A DNA stretch of 64,000 nucleotides from Oopsacas minuta (taxonomy: Eukaryota; Animalia; Porifera). The position numbers and the translations under genes are program-made. The DNA is taken from the NCBI GenBank assembly GCA_024704765.1, contig JAKMXF010000336.1, positions 214,207 through 278,206 of the forward strand. The letters run 5' to 3'. The notes under the pieces are model-generated. The model did not search any database. It saw nothing but the letters and a program-made list of their open reading frames with translations, and was not told the DNA's origin. Shown one piece after another: positions 1 to 9,624 of the stretch (its first letter is position 1; every line of letters starts with the position of its first letter).

Positions 1-129
1 CCAAAAATAGAAATGTATATGAAATTGTAGACTTTGTACAACATTCTAGAAGCTCATAAACTGTGGGAGGGCAGTTTTGTAAATTGGAATGGTAGGAATT
101 GTAGCAAATATTTTTCAGCACTGGAATAT

Positions 130-192
130 CAGGGCCGACGGAAGCGTGCCGGCCTGAGACGCCGCACATTTCATGGGCTTCGGACGGCCCTG
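130..192. mobile_element. 63-bp mini inverted-repeat element with hAT-like ends
   Basis: Starts CAGGGCCGACGGAAGC and ends GCTTCGGACGGCCCTG (14/16 inverted match); GC-rich island in AT-rich DNA; no target-site duplication (TSD) seen. Confidence 0.5.
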
Positions 193-285
193 TTTATGTA
201 GATATTATTGTTATGGGTCCCAGACATATTAATCTATATTATTAAACCGCAAATATTCTGAAAGATATCTATATTAATATATATG

Positions 286-426
286 TTTGTATGTTCAGAA
301 TTGATTGAAGAAACTGGAAGACCTCCAAGATAGATTTTTGGCATACATGGGTATTTTGGCATGGCTCGGACAAGTTCGAGTCTTGGACGAAAATTCACAC
401 CTATGGCGAAAATTATGACGTCATTG
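286..426 (+). other. Extra partial copy of the region between the LRR-EGF promoter and the RBR pseudogene
   Basis: ATGTTCAGAATTG...GGACGAAAATTCACACCTATGGCGAAAATTATGAC aligns by eye to about 5830-5975, 45820-45950, 51620-51750 and 62478-62610; cut off at about 426 by GC-rich sequence. Confidence 0.75.
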
Positions 427-894
427 TCTCCCAGAGCCGGCGCCAGCTCGTAAAGATTCAGGAGGGACCAGGGAGGGGCCACCATGTTTAGAGGAGAGGC
501 AAATACCCAGGGCATTTGGATTCAAATCTGTCATTGAATATATTGTTGCACGCTTCGCTTTCTAGGTCGTTATTATTTTCTAGAAACATGTCGTATTTTG
601 GGGTCTTCACCTCTAACTGCAAGGTGTTCTTCGATAGATAACAGTCCATGGATCAAGTATAGTACACTAAGCATGAAATAACAAGAAGTCTAAAATATTT
701 GTTGCAAATCCTTAATTTTTTAGCTTTTCACACTATTCTAGACACGAAGTACCCAGATTACTAACCAAATGCCATGTGGCAGCGCCAGTGTTACCACAGA
801 AGGCCATTAAATGGAATTTGGATGGACCATAGATAATAATAATTCAAATTCCACAAAAATCACCGCAGCACGTAGTCCCGATTATAATAGCAAA

Positions 895-990
895 CCAACC
901 CATCAAGAAATTTAGTCATTGAATAATTACATAAGATAAAGTGGGACACTAAGCTCTCACACAGCTCCCTAGCAAGCGAAGCGGGCTAGT
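895..990 (+). mobile_element. Possible Helitron-like 3' terminus
   Basis: Ends GCAAGCGAAGCGGGCTAG|T; CTAG followed by T is the Helitron 3' end rule. No clear hairpin, 5' end or Rep/helicase identified. Confidence 0.3.
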
Positions 991-1457
991 AATTAATATG
1001 TTACAAAATTAATTTATACTCCAATCCCCTTACCTATAATTATAACATTCAAACTCAAATATTTGTATTTTGAGTGCTAACCTTTGTTGCAATCCATTTA
1101 ACTCTAGAGCAAATTTTAGCTCAGCAACAAGCAAGAGCTTAGATTATTCCATTTGCTATGACTGACCAGTTCATGCAATCTGTGTTTTCCCATATTGCAT
1201 TGGCCAATGGAACTCTATCCCAAATAATATTAAGAGTTCCAATGCCCTTGACGTATTTTTGTGTAAACTCTGAGCTAATCTGTCTACATCAACATTCATC
1301 CAGTCACGCATGAACTTTTTAAGACTATTTTAGCAATATCTTATAGTTTTCTGAATGTGGGAATGATATTAAATACCAAATGAATAATATATACTTTACA
1401 ATATATATACTCATCATAGTATGTATAAAGCCATCTAGCGAAGTTGATGAGGAAATA

Positions 1458-1636
1458 TGCTGTAGGAGCCCAGATTATACACCCTGGTGTATCTCTCTTG
1501 GACAGATTATACCGTATATAATATGAGCTACACCACTTCATACTCAGGGAATAATTTGACCTAGGGTAGAATACCCTGAGGTATATTCTAGTCTAGGACA
1601 GATTATACCCGAGTATAATCTTGTCTGTTACACTGG
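1458..1636. mobile_element. ~180-bp foldback MITE, copy 1 (3' of LRR-EGF gene 1)
   Basis: Family ends (C)GGTGTAGCAGCCCAGATTATAC ... GTATAATCTTGGCTGTTACACCGG, degenerate in this copy; internal CAGATTATAC repeats; same position in all four units; a fragment also at about 9370-9412. Confidence 0.65.
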
Positions 1637-1856
1637 TACTGGAGTTATTACAAAGATAACACTAAACTAGAGAACACAACTAATATAATTCGGATATACA
1701 AAAAGAATCTCTGACTAAATATGTATACAGAGCTTAGAGTTGGTAAGAATCTAGTATACATTAATGGGGATGCCTAAATATACACACTATGAAGTTAACC
1801 TATAGTATAATCCCTGAGATAGATAATCAAAAGTAAAGTCAATGGTGAACTTGATA

Positions 1857-4800
1857 TCAGTTTATCTGGTATCTCACAGCTTCATCCTGCACACTTCCAG
1901 GATAAACTTCTGCAATAAAGTTTGGATCTTTCTTTTCGATTAGTTCAGATTCTATAGCAGTTGTTTTCTTCAATTCATCAGGCTGTACTGATCCGTGCAT
2001 GTAGTTATAGATTTCATTACTATATCCAGCAGTGGGGATTTTATGGTTGTTCGTGTCTTTTGCTTTGAGTATTCTGCGCATTTTGTTGTTCTTTCTAACA
2101 AAATACAAGAATAAAACGATAAACATGAATATTAGGAAAACATTGGACACTAAAGAGATAATCATGAGAATTACTGTTGGTTGGTACCATTCAAATTGGT
2201 TTTGAGTTGACATGGCTTGTTGCGTAAATGAGGATGTCGGATCTGAAGTTTGATGTGTAGTATTTCCTAGTGTATCAACATTTGGGCAAGAATGATTATA
2301 GATCCTGATGTTGAACCCTCCTTGACAAATGAAACGATTTTCATGATAACTGCCATCTACAACGTCACATTGTATGTTGCTTTCACAATGAGTTTCATTG
2401 ATCAGCTGATGACCATACTCACAATAACATTCAAAAGAACCTATGGTATTTCGACATCCAAACTCACATCCTCCATTCGCTTCTTGACACTCATTGACAT
2501 CATCACAATCATATCTATTTGCTGCTAGCTTGTATCCTTCATCACATAAACAAAGATACGAACCTTCTGTGTTCTCGCAGGTATGCTCACAATTTGTTTT
2601 GTGATTACATTCATCGAAGTCTAGACATTCACCTGAATTGTGCAGTGAATAACCAATAGGACAATTTGTTGGCGGTTCAGTTGGTTCTGAGGGTGATGTT
2701 GGGTCAGGGAAACTATGACAATTCAGATTTGTGATTGTGAGATTGAATCCTCCTTGACAAATGAAAATATTTTCTTGATATCCACTACCATCTATCACGT
2801 CACATTGTATATTTCTTTCACAATGAGTTTCATTGATCAGCTGATGACCATGCTCACAATAACATTCAAATGAACCTATGAAATTTCTACAACCAAACTC
2901 ACAACCTCCATTCCATTCATAACACTCATTTACATCTTCACAATCATATCCATTTTGAGAAACTGTGTATCCTTCATTACATGTGCAGTAGAATGAACCT
3001 ACTGTGTTCTCACAGGCATACTCACAATTCGTTTCCTCATCGCATTCATCAAAATCTTTACATTCACCTGAATTGTGCAGTGAATAACCAATAGGACAGT
3101 TTGTTGGCGATTCAGTTGATTCTGTTGTTGAGGGTGATGTTGGGTCTGGGAAGCTATGGCAAGTCAGATTTGTGATTGTGAGATTGAATCCTCCATGACA
3201 AACGAAGCGATATTCTTCATCACCGCTACTATCTACCACGTCACATTGTATGTTGCTTTCACAATGAGTTTTGTTGATCAGCTGATGACCATCCTGACAA
3301 TAACACAGATATGAACCGATTATATTTTGACATCCAAACTCACATCCTCCATTCCCTTCCTGGCACTCGTTAATATCATCACAAGCATATCCATTAGCAG
3401 CTAAGGTGTATCCTTCATCACATACACAACGATATGAACCTTCTGTGTTCTCACAGGCGTATGCACAATCAGTTGCCTCGTTACACTCATCAAAATCTTT
3501 GCATTCACCAGAGTTGTGCAGTGAATAACCTATTGGGCAAAAGGTTGGTGGTATTGTTGACTGTGCTGTTGAAGTTGTTGACGTTGTAGTTGTAGTGCTT
3601 TGACACGTGAAGTTTGTAATTGTCAGATTGAACCCTCCTTGACAAGTGAAGTGGTTTACTTGATAACTACTACTCTCGACCACGTCACATTGAATGTCGC
3701 TCTCACAATGAGTTTGATTAATCAGCTGATGTCCGTACTCACAATAACACAGATATGAACCTATGGTATTTCTACAACCAAACTCACATCCTCCATTCCA
3801 TTCCTGGCACTCATTAGCATCTTCACAATCATATCCATTAATAGCTAGTTTGTATCCTTCTTCACATATGCAATTATATGAACCTTCTGTGTTCTGACAA
3901 GCATATGAACAATTAGTTACTTCAGTGCACTCATTGAAATCTTTGCATTCACCTGAATTATGCAATGAATAACCAATAGGACAACTAGTTGGTTGTTCTG
4001 TTGAAGGTGTTGTTGGTTCAGTGATGCTTTGACAAGTCAGATTTGTGATAGTTAAGTTGAACCCTCCTTGACAAGTGAAGCGGTTTTCTTGATAACCACT
4101 ACTATCGACCACGTCACATTGAATATCGCTCTCACAATGAGTTTCGTTATACAATCGGTGTCCTTGCTCACAGTAACATTGATATGAACCTATGGTATTC
4201 CCACAACCAAACTCACATCCTCCATTTCCTATCTTACACTCATTCACATCATCACAAACATATCCATTTGCAGCTAGCTTGTATCCTTCATCACACACAC
4301 AATGGTATGAACCTTCTGTATTCTCACAGACATGCTCGCATTCAGTTACTACATCGCATTCATCTTCATCTACACATTCTCCTGAACTATCTTGTTGATA
4401 ACCTACAGGACAACTACAAAGGTAACCATCTTGTGTATTATGACATACTTCATTACTGGGACAGGTTATGGACTTGTCAAAGCATTGATAAGATTCTGTT
4501 TGTGAGCAATTGGTATACAACAGTGGATCAGTAATAGACTTTTGGAAGAAAACGTTTGGTTCAGAACAATATCCATTACTTGTATATACCCCATATTGCG
4601 ATACAATTGACGTCCATTGTAATCTACAGTCGCAGATGAACGGGTCATTTAAATATATATTTATGCTTGGTGATTTCATTTGCTGGAATACATATGAGTC
4701 TAGAGTATGATACTCATTGAACAGTAAATATACATCTCTTAGAGATCTTGTATGTATCAGTGCTTCAATAGGGAATCCTGGATTCTCATCTAATCTCAGT

Positions 4801-5600
4801 TCTGTCAGTTCAGTTAAACCTTCGAATACATTATTTGATATAATCTTTATTCCATTATTTTGAAGATAGAGTCTTGACAGACTTGAGAGTTCACTGAATG
4901 TACCATCCTCAATAATACTTAATTTATTGTTTTCAAAGCTCAAAAGTGTTAACGAGTTCAAACCATCCAATGCTCCTTTAGTTATGCTACTGAAATCCGA
5001 GTTGTAGAAACTTAGGTGAACCAAGTTTGATAATCCTCTAACGATTGTGTTATCAAATGTACGCGTGGACGAACCTACTATTCTAATGTCGAGATAAGTT
5101 AGAAATTGTAGATTTGTGAAATATGGTGATTCTTCTGAGATACAATTACCAATGTAGATAGATTTTAGACCAGTGAAATAATTGAAAAAGTTCCCAGACT
5201 CGAGTTGGATATGATAGGCATTATCTATAACTATCCTCGTTAATCCAGTATTCTGACTTGAGGTAGTTAAACGGATATTATCTTTATCTATACCATTGTA
5301 AATGTACAACGTTTGGATATGTGAGGCTATTTCTATATCGACGATTAGATTCCCGTATACTGTTGATGTGTAGTCTTTGTAGACATATATTGTAAAAAAT
5401 GCTGTGCTCTGAACGCTACAGTAGCTTAACAAACCCTTGATAACCTGAGTTTCATTATTAGTGATGTAGCAATTGAGGTAGGAACTATAAAAATCACAAT
5501 AACCTGCTTCATTAGAGCAACTGGGAGCTTCAACCACTCCATAATAGCACAAATATGTCACCAAACCTAACAACAGAGAGATATTTCCGAACTTCCCCAT
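1857..5600 (-). CDS. Intronless type-I membrane receptor, paralog 1 (1247 aa): signal peptide, LRRs, LRRCT, EGF, 5 cbEGF-pair modules, TM, Tyr-containing tail
   Basis: Single ORF; hydrophobic N-terminus; 24-aa LxxLxLxxN repeats; DPFICDCRLQW LRRCT; D-x-D/N-E-C...NTxGSYxC calcium-binding EGF consensus; Thr/Pro linkers; TM VILMIISLVSNVFLIFMFIVLFLYF. Confidence 0.93.
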   Translation of the reverse strand: MGKFGNISLLLGLVTYLCYYGVVEAPSCSNEAGYCDFYSSYLNCYITNNETQVIKGLLSYCSVQSTAFFTIYVYKDYTSTVYGNLIVDIEIASHIQTLYIYNGIDKDNIRLTTSSQNTGLTRIVIDNAYHIQLESGNFFNYFTGLKSIYIGNCISEESPYFTNLQFLTYLDIRIVGSSTRTFDNTIVRGLSNLVHLSFYNSDFSSITKGALDGLNSLTLLSFENNKLSIIEDGTFSELSSLSRLYLQNNGIKIISNNVFEGLTELTELRLDENPGFPIEALIHTRSLRDVYLLFNEYHTLDSYVFQQMKSPSINIYLNDPFICDCRLQWTSIVSQYGVYTSNGYCSEPNVFFQKSITDPLLYTNCSQTESYQCFDKSITCPSNEVCHNTQDGYLCSCPVGYQQDSSGECVDEDECDVVTECEHVCENTEGSYHCVCDEGYKLAANGYVCDDVNECKIGNGGCEFGCGNTIGSYQCYCEQGHRLYNETHCESDIQCDVVDSSGYQENRFTCQGGFNLTITNLTCQSITEPTTPSTEQPTSCPIGYSLHNSGECKDFNECTEVTNCSYACQNTEGSYNCICEEGYKLAINGYDCEDANECQEWNGGCEFGCRNTIGSYLCYCEYGHQLINQTHCESDIQCDVVESSSYQVNHFTCQGGFNLTITNFTCQSTTTTTSTTSTAQSTIPPTFCPIGYSLHNSGECKDFDECNEATDCAYACENTEGSYRCVCDEGYTLAANGYACDDINECQEGNGGCEFGCQNIIGSYLCYCQDGHQLINKTHCESNIQCDVVDSSGDEEYRFVCHGGFNLTITNLTCHSFPDPTSPSTTESTESPTNCPIGYSLHNSGECKDFDECDEETNCEYACENTVGSFYCTCNEGYTVSQNGYDCEDVNECYEWNGGCEFGCRNFIGSFECYCEHGHQLINETHCERNIQCDVIDGSGYQENIFICQGGFNLTITNLNCHSFPDPTSPSEPTEPPTNCPIGYSLHNSGECLDFDECNHKTNCEHTCENTEGSYLCLCDEGYKLAANRYDCDDVNECQEANGGCEFGCRNTIGSFECYCEYGHQLINETHCESNIQCDVVDGSYHENRFICQGGFNIRIYNHSCPNVDTLGNTTHQTSDPTSSFTQQAMSTQNQFEWYQPTVILMIISLVSNVFLIFMFIVLFLYFVRKNNKMRRILKAKDTNNHKIPTAGYSNEIYNYMHGSVQPDELKKTTAIESELIEKKDPNFIAEVYPGSVQDEAVRYQIN

Positions 5601-5719
5601 GACGAATACTGATCAAATGAAATTACCTGTTGTTCAGCAAATTTGAGCAATGAGTCGGAAAAGTAATAATGAATTGAATATTTGATAACAAACTGACATT
5701 TATACTCATTCCCGGAGCT

Positions 5720-5731
5720 GATATCGATATC
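5720..5731. promoter_or_regulatory. 12-bp palindrome GATATCGATATC (contains DRE-type TATCGATA) in the putative bidirectional promoter
   Basis: Identical in all four units (5720, 45700, 51500, 62355), about 120-135 bp upstream of the receptor ATG. A TATAAAT lies on the minus strand just downstream in the receptor direction. Confidence 0.5.
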
Positions 5732-6039
5732 TTGTTATTGGCTGGCATATATGGATTGTAGATGATGGAACATATCTATTTCTAGTGTAATTATATATCA
5801 TATACGTATATCTATACTATTAAAACTCAATTCATCTGTGTATATGTCTAGAATTGTTAGAAGAGATTGGAAGACTCCCAGGGCTGATTTTTGGCATACT
5901 GGAGTATTGTGGGCATGGCTTGGACTAGCTCGAGGATTGAACGAAAGTTCACACCTATGACGAAATTATGATATTATCATATATAATCGAGTGTGGATTT
6001 CGCAAATATATGTATTATGCATATACTTCCAAAACAAAT

Positions 6040-6925
6040 CAATCAATAAATGTAAACATCATTACAATCCTTCATGTTTCTCCACCATTCTGTATTGGTG
6101 CTGTTAAACAGGTTATCCTAGCATTTGGGTTCCAGGTAGTACTCTTACAAATCAGACTGCTTCTTGTAATCGGAGTTTAGCAAATTTGACCAAAGTTATA
6201 CTTGCAGTAATTGCATGTCATGTATGCATGCGGGCTCCGAGGGAATGAAATTTCCATCTTATGCACACAGCATTCTCATAGTTATAGGATTCCTATCACA
6301 GTATTTCCTATTGCAATCTGATAGGAAAATACTAAGTATTCTCCTACCCATTCCATACTTGCCAACCTGAGTGAAGGAAATTTTGTGACAGAAATATGAA
6401 TTTCGTGGGACATCGTGAGATGCAGCATTTGCATTAGACTGGACTACAAAAAACGGGACAATTATGTGAAATTCTAATTTTAGAATATTTCAGATGTAAT
6501 GATGCTTTCGGTAAACAGCCCTCAGGTAAATTGTCTTGTCTGTACAAAGAATATGAGTAAACCCTATCTCTTCTGTTGGTATTGTCTTGGAGAATGGAAA
6601 ATTTCCCCAACTGAATACAAAAACTGTGGGAATTCAAACTGCAAGAAAGCTAAGATTATGCAGCTATAGTCTGCACTAATGATTAATTTCAAAGATAAAA
6701 TGGCAAAACAGTCAAAGTTCCTAGAATATGATCCTGTCCTGACTGACAACTATAGTTGAACATAACGGTGGTTGCGACGAGATGACATGCGATTACTGCA
6801 AGTATAAATTTCTGAAAAATTGTTATATTTGCTTAACTCAGACTGAAAGAGGCAGTCCAATTTGTAAGAGTACTACATGGAACACAAATGTTACGATAAC
6901 TTGTTTACCACCACCAATACACACC
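6040..6925 (+). pseudogene. RBR (IBR + RING2/Rcat) E3 ubiquitin ligase pseudogene, copy 1
   Basis: Manual translation: VNCLVCTKNMSKPYLFCWYCLGEWK...NCGNSNC (IBR-like), then across frameshifts and stops VKVPRI*SCPD..VEHNGGCDEMTCDYCKYKF..CYICL (RING2 consensus). MITE fragment inserted at about 6353-6470. Start boundary approximate. Confidence 0.78.
6353..6470 (-). mobile_element. MITE end fragment inside the RBR pseudogene (present in all four copies)
   Basis: CATACTTGCCAACCTGAGTGAAGG...TTAGACTGGACTACAAAAA is the reverse complement of the right part of the element at 8538-8755. Confidence 0.75.
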
Positions 6926-7217
6926 AACGTATGGTATTCATTCTTCGGGTTATTTGTTAAGATTCAATTGGGCTTAAAATGTACTGAATTATTTCCTTCT
7001 ATCCATTGTTTTAGACTTTTGTCCAGTAATGTATTCTAGTTACTTACTACTTCTAAGCTATGTACGCTCACACGCTATGAATTATATACAAACTGATGTA
7101 CCGAATAATGGACTGTAGCCATATACATTTGTAGAAAGCCTAAAACGTAACCACAAATAATGACATAATTAAAGGCGCTAACTTATAATACTTTCGCCGT
7201 AACCCTGAAATAAATGC

Positions 7218-7246
7218 TGGTGTAACCCAGTTTGAGAACCACTGAT
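7218..7246 (-). mobile_element. Solo hAT-like terminus (CAGTGGTTCTCAAACTGGG on minus strand)
   Basis: CCCAGTTTGAGAACCACTG; recurs in units 2-4 (about 47190, 53010, 63845); no partner end seen. Confidence 0.45.
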
Positions 7247-7431
7247 CTACATCGTATAAGAATATGAGCTAGCTATAATATCGTATTACAATTACGCTAT
7301 AAATAGATAAATTCCACCAACCAACTCAAAGATATCATATTCAAACACGCGTTATACTCTAACATATACTATACTTTATGTATATTTTACCACATATAAT
7401 CCCACCTATAAAGTGCTCTGCCACCACATTC

Positions 7432-7590
7432 CTCAAATTTGCTGAATATTAGGTAAGTGAATTTGTGAATATTTAATCAGTATTTATTCTGAGGAAAAAT
7501 CGGCAAGTTATGCCTGTTGCTATGTTTTGTGACATGTTTGTATTATTATGTCGTGGCATGGTAGAGGTGGTGGATTGCAGCAATTTACTG
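7432..7590 (+). pseudogene. Relic 5' leader and signal peptide of a plus-strand LRR-family paralog
   Basis: CTCAAATTTGCTGAA leader matches the receptor 5' leader; translation GKLCLLLCFVTCLYYYVV[frameshift]VEVVDCSN vs receptor GNICLLLGLVTYLYYYAVVEAVDCSN. Confidence 0.72.
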
Positions 7591-7880
7591 TTATGATGAA
7601 TGATCTTTATTCAACACATTATTGAATTGTTTATTATCTTGATCATTTCTTTATTTTTTAAAACTTATGTAAATTTATACATTTTCCCGCTCACTTTAAA
7701 TTTGCTCCCGACGCACCTGGTGCTGACCATGAGATTCGAATATAGGATCAATATGTTACTGTCCGACAACAGTGTAATTCCAGGAGTGCACTGCAAATAA
7801 GGCACCTTCCAAGAATGTTTAGATAACCCCAGTTGGGTTTACGTATTAATCGAACAAATATTTAATTTAATAACATCATA

Positions 7881-8213
7881 TTAGCATAGAGATACTACAA
7901 TTGTGTCATTGTATAGATTATGATGATTAATGTAATCACGTACAATGTCAGTTGCAAAGAAGATAAAGCAGGCGAATATCTCAATGAAATTTATCATGAA
8001 TAGCAGGAGATATTTACGAATTTCAGTATCGAAATGGTTAATTAATTGCTGATTCGATTCACCTGATTCTTCATCTGTGATATTTCGAGTTGCAACTCTC
8101 TTATATTTGATATTGCAATGTATTTTGTTAATGAACACTATTGCCCAATAAGCATTCATTACTATGAATATTGATAACTAACCTGTAAATGTAACCACTG
8201 TTAAAGCAAACAT
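7881..8213 (-). pseudogene. Inverted, 3'-truncated paralog of the 7-TM gene at 9625-10749
   Basis: MFALTVVTFTG*LSIFIVMNAYWAIVFINKIHCNIKYK...YNDTIVVSL; TAG at codon 12 (8180-8178); breaks at about 7886 where unit 1 ends. Confidence 0.9.
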
Positions 8214-8537
8214 TGTAATAATAATATATTATCAAAATGAAAATGTATAAATTTTTATATGATGCCTTGCAGTCATACATTATTTGTGTTAGATATTACT
8301 TTGAATATAATATTTCGGACAAACCCTTATAAACTATTCATGTATTCAAATCACAGTTACAACATATTTCAAGTTATTCATGCATTACATCATAGAATTA
8401 TCAGTAATTATTCAAATTACCTTTTTCAACTAAAATGTCTACAAGTTTCCTGAACAATTCTAGCTTAAGATTTTTAACATTTCAAAGTTTCAGGATTGCA
8501 TTTGTATATGTGAAGAATTGCGGATGGTAACGTTTAA

Positions 8538-8755
8538 GCATACTTTCCAACTGTCTCGTTCTTGGCGGGACGTCCCCCCCTTTTGGACATATGTTAAGGG
8601 CAATGAGGCAAATGTCAGGCCAAATCTTGCCAAAAATCTGAATTGTCCCACATTTTTGTAGTCCAGTCTAATACAAATATACTACGTCCCGCGATGTCCC
8701 GCTAAATTATTGTCTTTCGTCACAAATTTTTCTTCACTCAGGTTGGCAAGTATGC
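8538..8755. mobile_element. 218-bp MITE
   Basis: Terminal inverted repeats GCATACTTTCCAAC ... GTTGGCAAGTATGC; family also inside the RBR pseudogenes; TSD not clear. Confidence 0.7.
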
Positions 8756-9624
8756 GTTATATTCATTAAGACAATTTCAAAAGTGGAATTGTATTTTACT
8801 TGTTGATTTATGAATATAATGATTCCGTAAAATTCTTAGAGATTTATGGAAATTTTCCCTCTTAACCGACTTCTACCTATTTCAGATTTCGAGTTTTCTC
8901 AGCTAACATGTATAGTAAATAATATTCTAGCTAAAAGTTGTATATCTTAATCACCCTATTGCTCTGAATACAAACCTGGGAGCTTTCTAATTCGTGAGCA
9001 TTTTTTGTCGCGTAAATTTTAACAAAATTCAATTAGAGGCTGTGATAAATATTATTCACAATTCTTGGTGGGATTTCTAGACTCCAGTTTAACAGCCTAG
9101 ATTAACCTCCCCACTTTTTGTAAGAAATAATGTTAGTTCTATGGGGCATGAGTCAGTATAGCCGCCCCACTTTTCATGGGCTTCCATCCTGCCCACCATA
9201 TGTGATGCAAATTTGTTGCATGTAACAAGGGTAATATACATGGTGTAACAATGTTATGTTGTGTTTTCAAGCAACAATTTGTATCGTGAATAGTGGGCTT
9301 TACGAATACATAGATAACACCCACACTTTTTACACATGACATAATAAGGGCAGGGAGTATATTTTGTTCTAGCGCAGATTATACCCGAGTATACTCTGGG
9401 CTGCTACACCGGGTTCGTACCTATACTTATATTATATCCCATTGGATATCTTGAAATTTGATACATAGGTATCTATACACTTTTAAGATGAATATCATTA
9501 AACAAAATATGTAAGATATATGATGTTACAATTAATTAGAGAATTTCTAATTCATTACTTAATTATTGTAAGTCTTGAAGAACTATAAATATTCTAGAAT
9601 TTTGTAATATAGAATATCTTGAAA

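Larger units (their letters stand above)
1320..7886. repeat. Segmental duplication unit 1 (3' flank, LRR-EGF gene, promoter, RBR pseudogene, LRR leader relic)
   Basis: Colinear with about 41533-47488, 48942-53655 and 56521-64000; identity with unit 3 ends at TTAGCA (7886 vs 53655). Confidence 0.9.

Noticed and set aside
2250-4400. Regularly spaced direct repeats that could suggest a CRISPR-like array
   Set aside because: They are ~440-bp protein-coding modules with codon-position divergence; no short repeat/unique spacer structure and no cas genes.
2292-4710. Plus-strand ORFs antisense to the receptors (also 42866-44602, 49983-50553, 58482-61056) and alternative-frame ORFs 59066/59507
   Set aside because: Shadow frames of the repetitive EGF coding sequence; they recur only because the sense gene is repeated.
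6040-6925. Possibility that RBR stops are recoded (selenocysteine or readthrough)
   Set aside because: Frameshifts and a MITE insertion accompany the stops, and stop positions vary among copies.
7600-7800. Hydrophobic 66-75 aa ORF conserved in units 1 and 3 (also 53368-53595)
   Set aside because: Conservation is explained by recent duplication; the stops differ, the DNA is AT-rich, and I recognise no homology.
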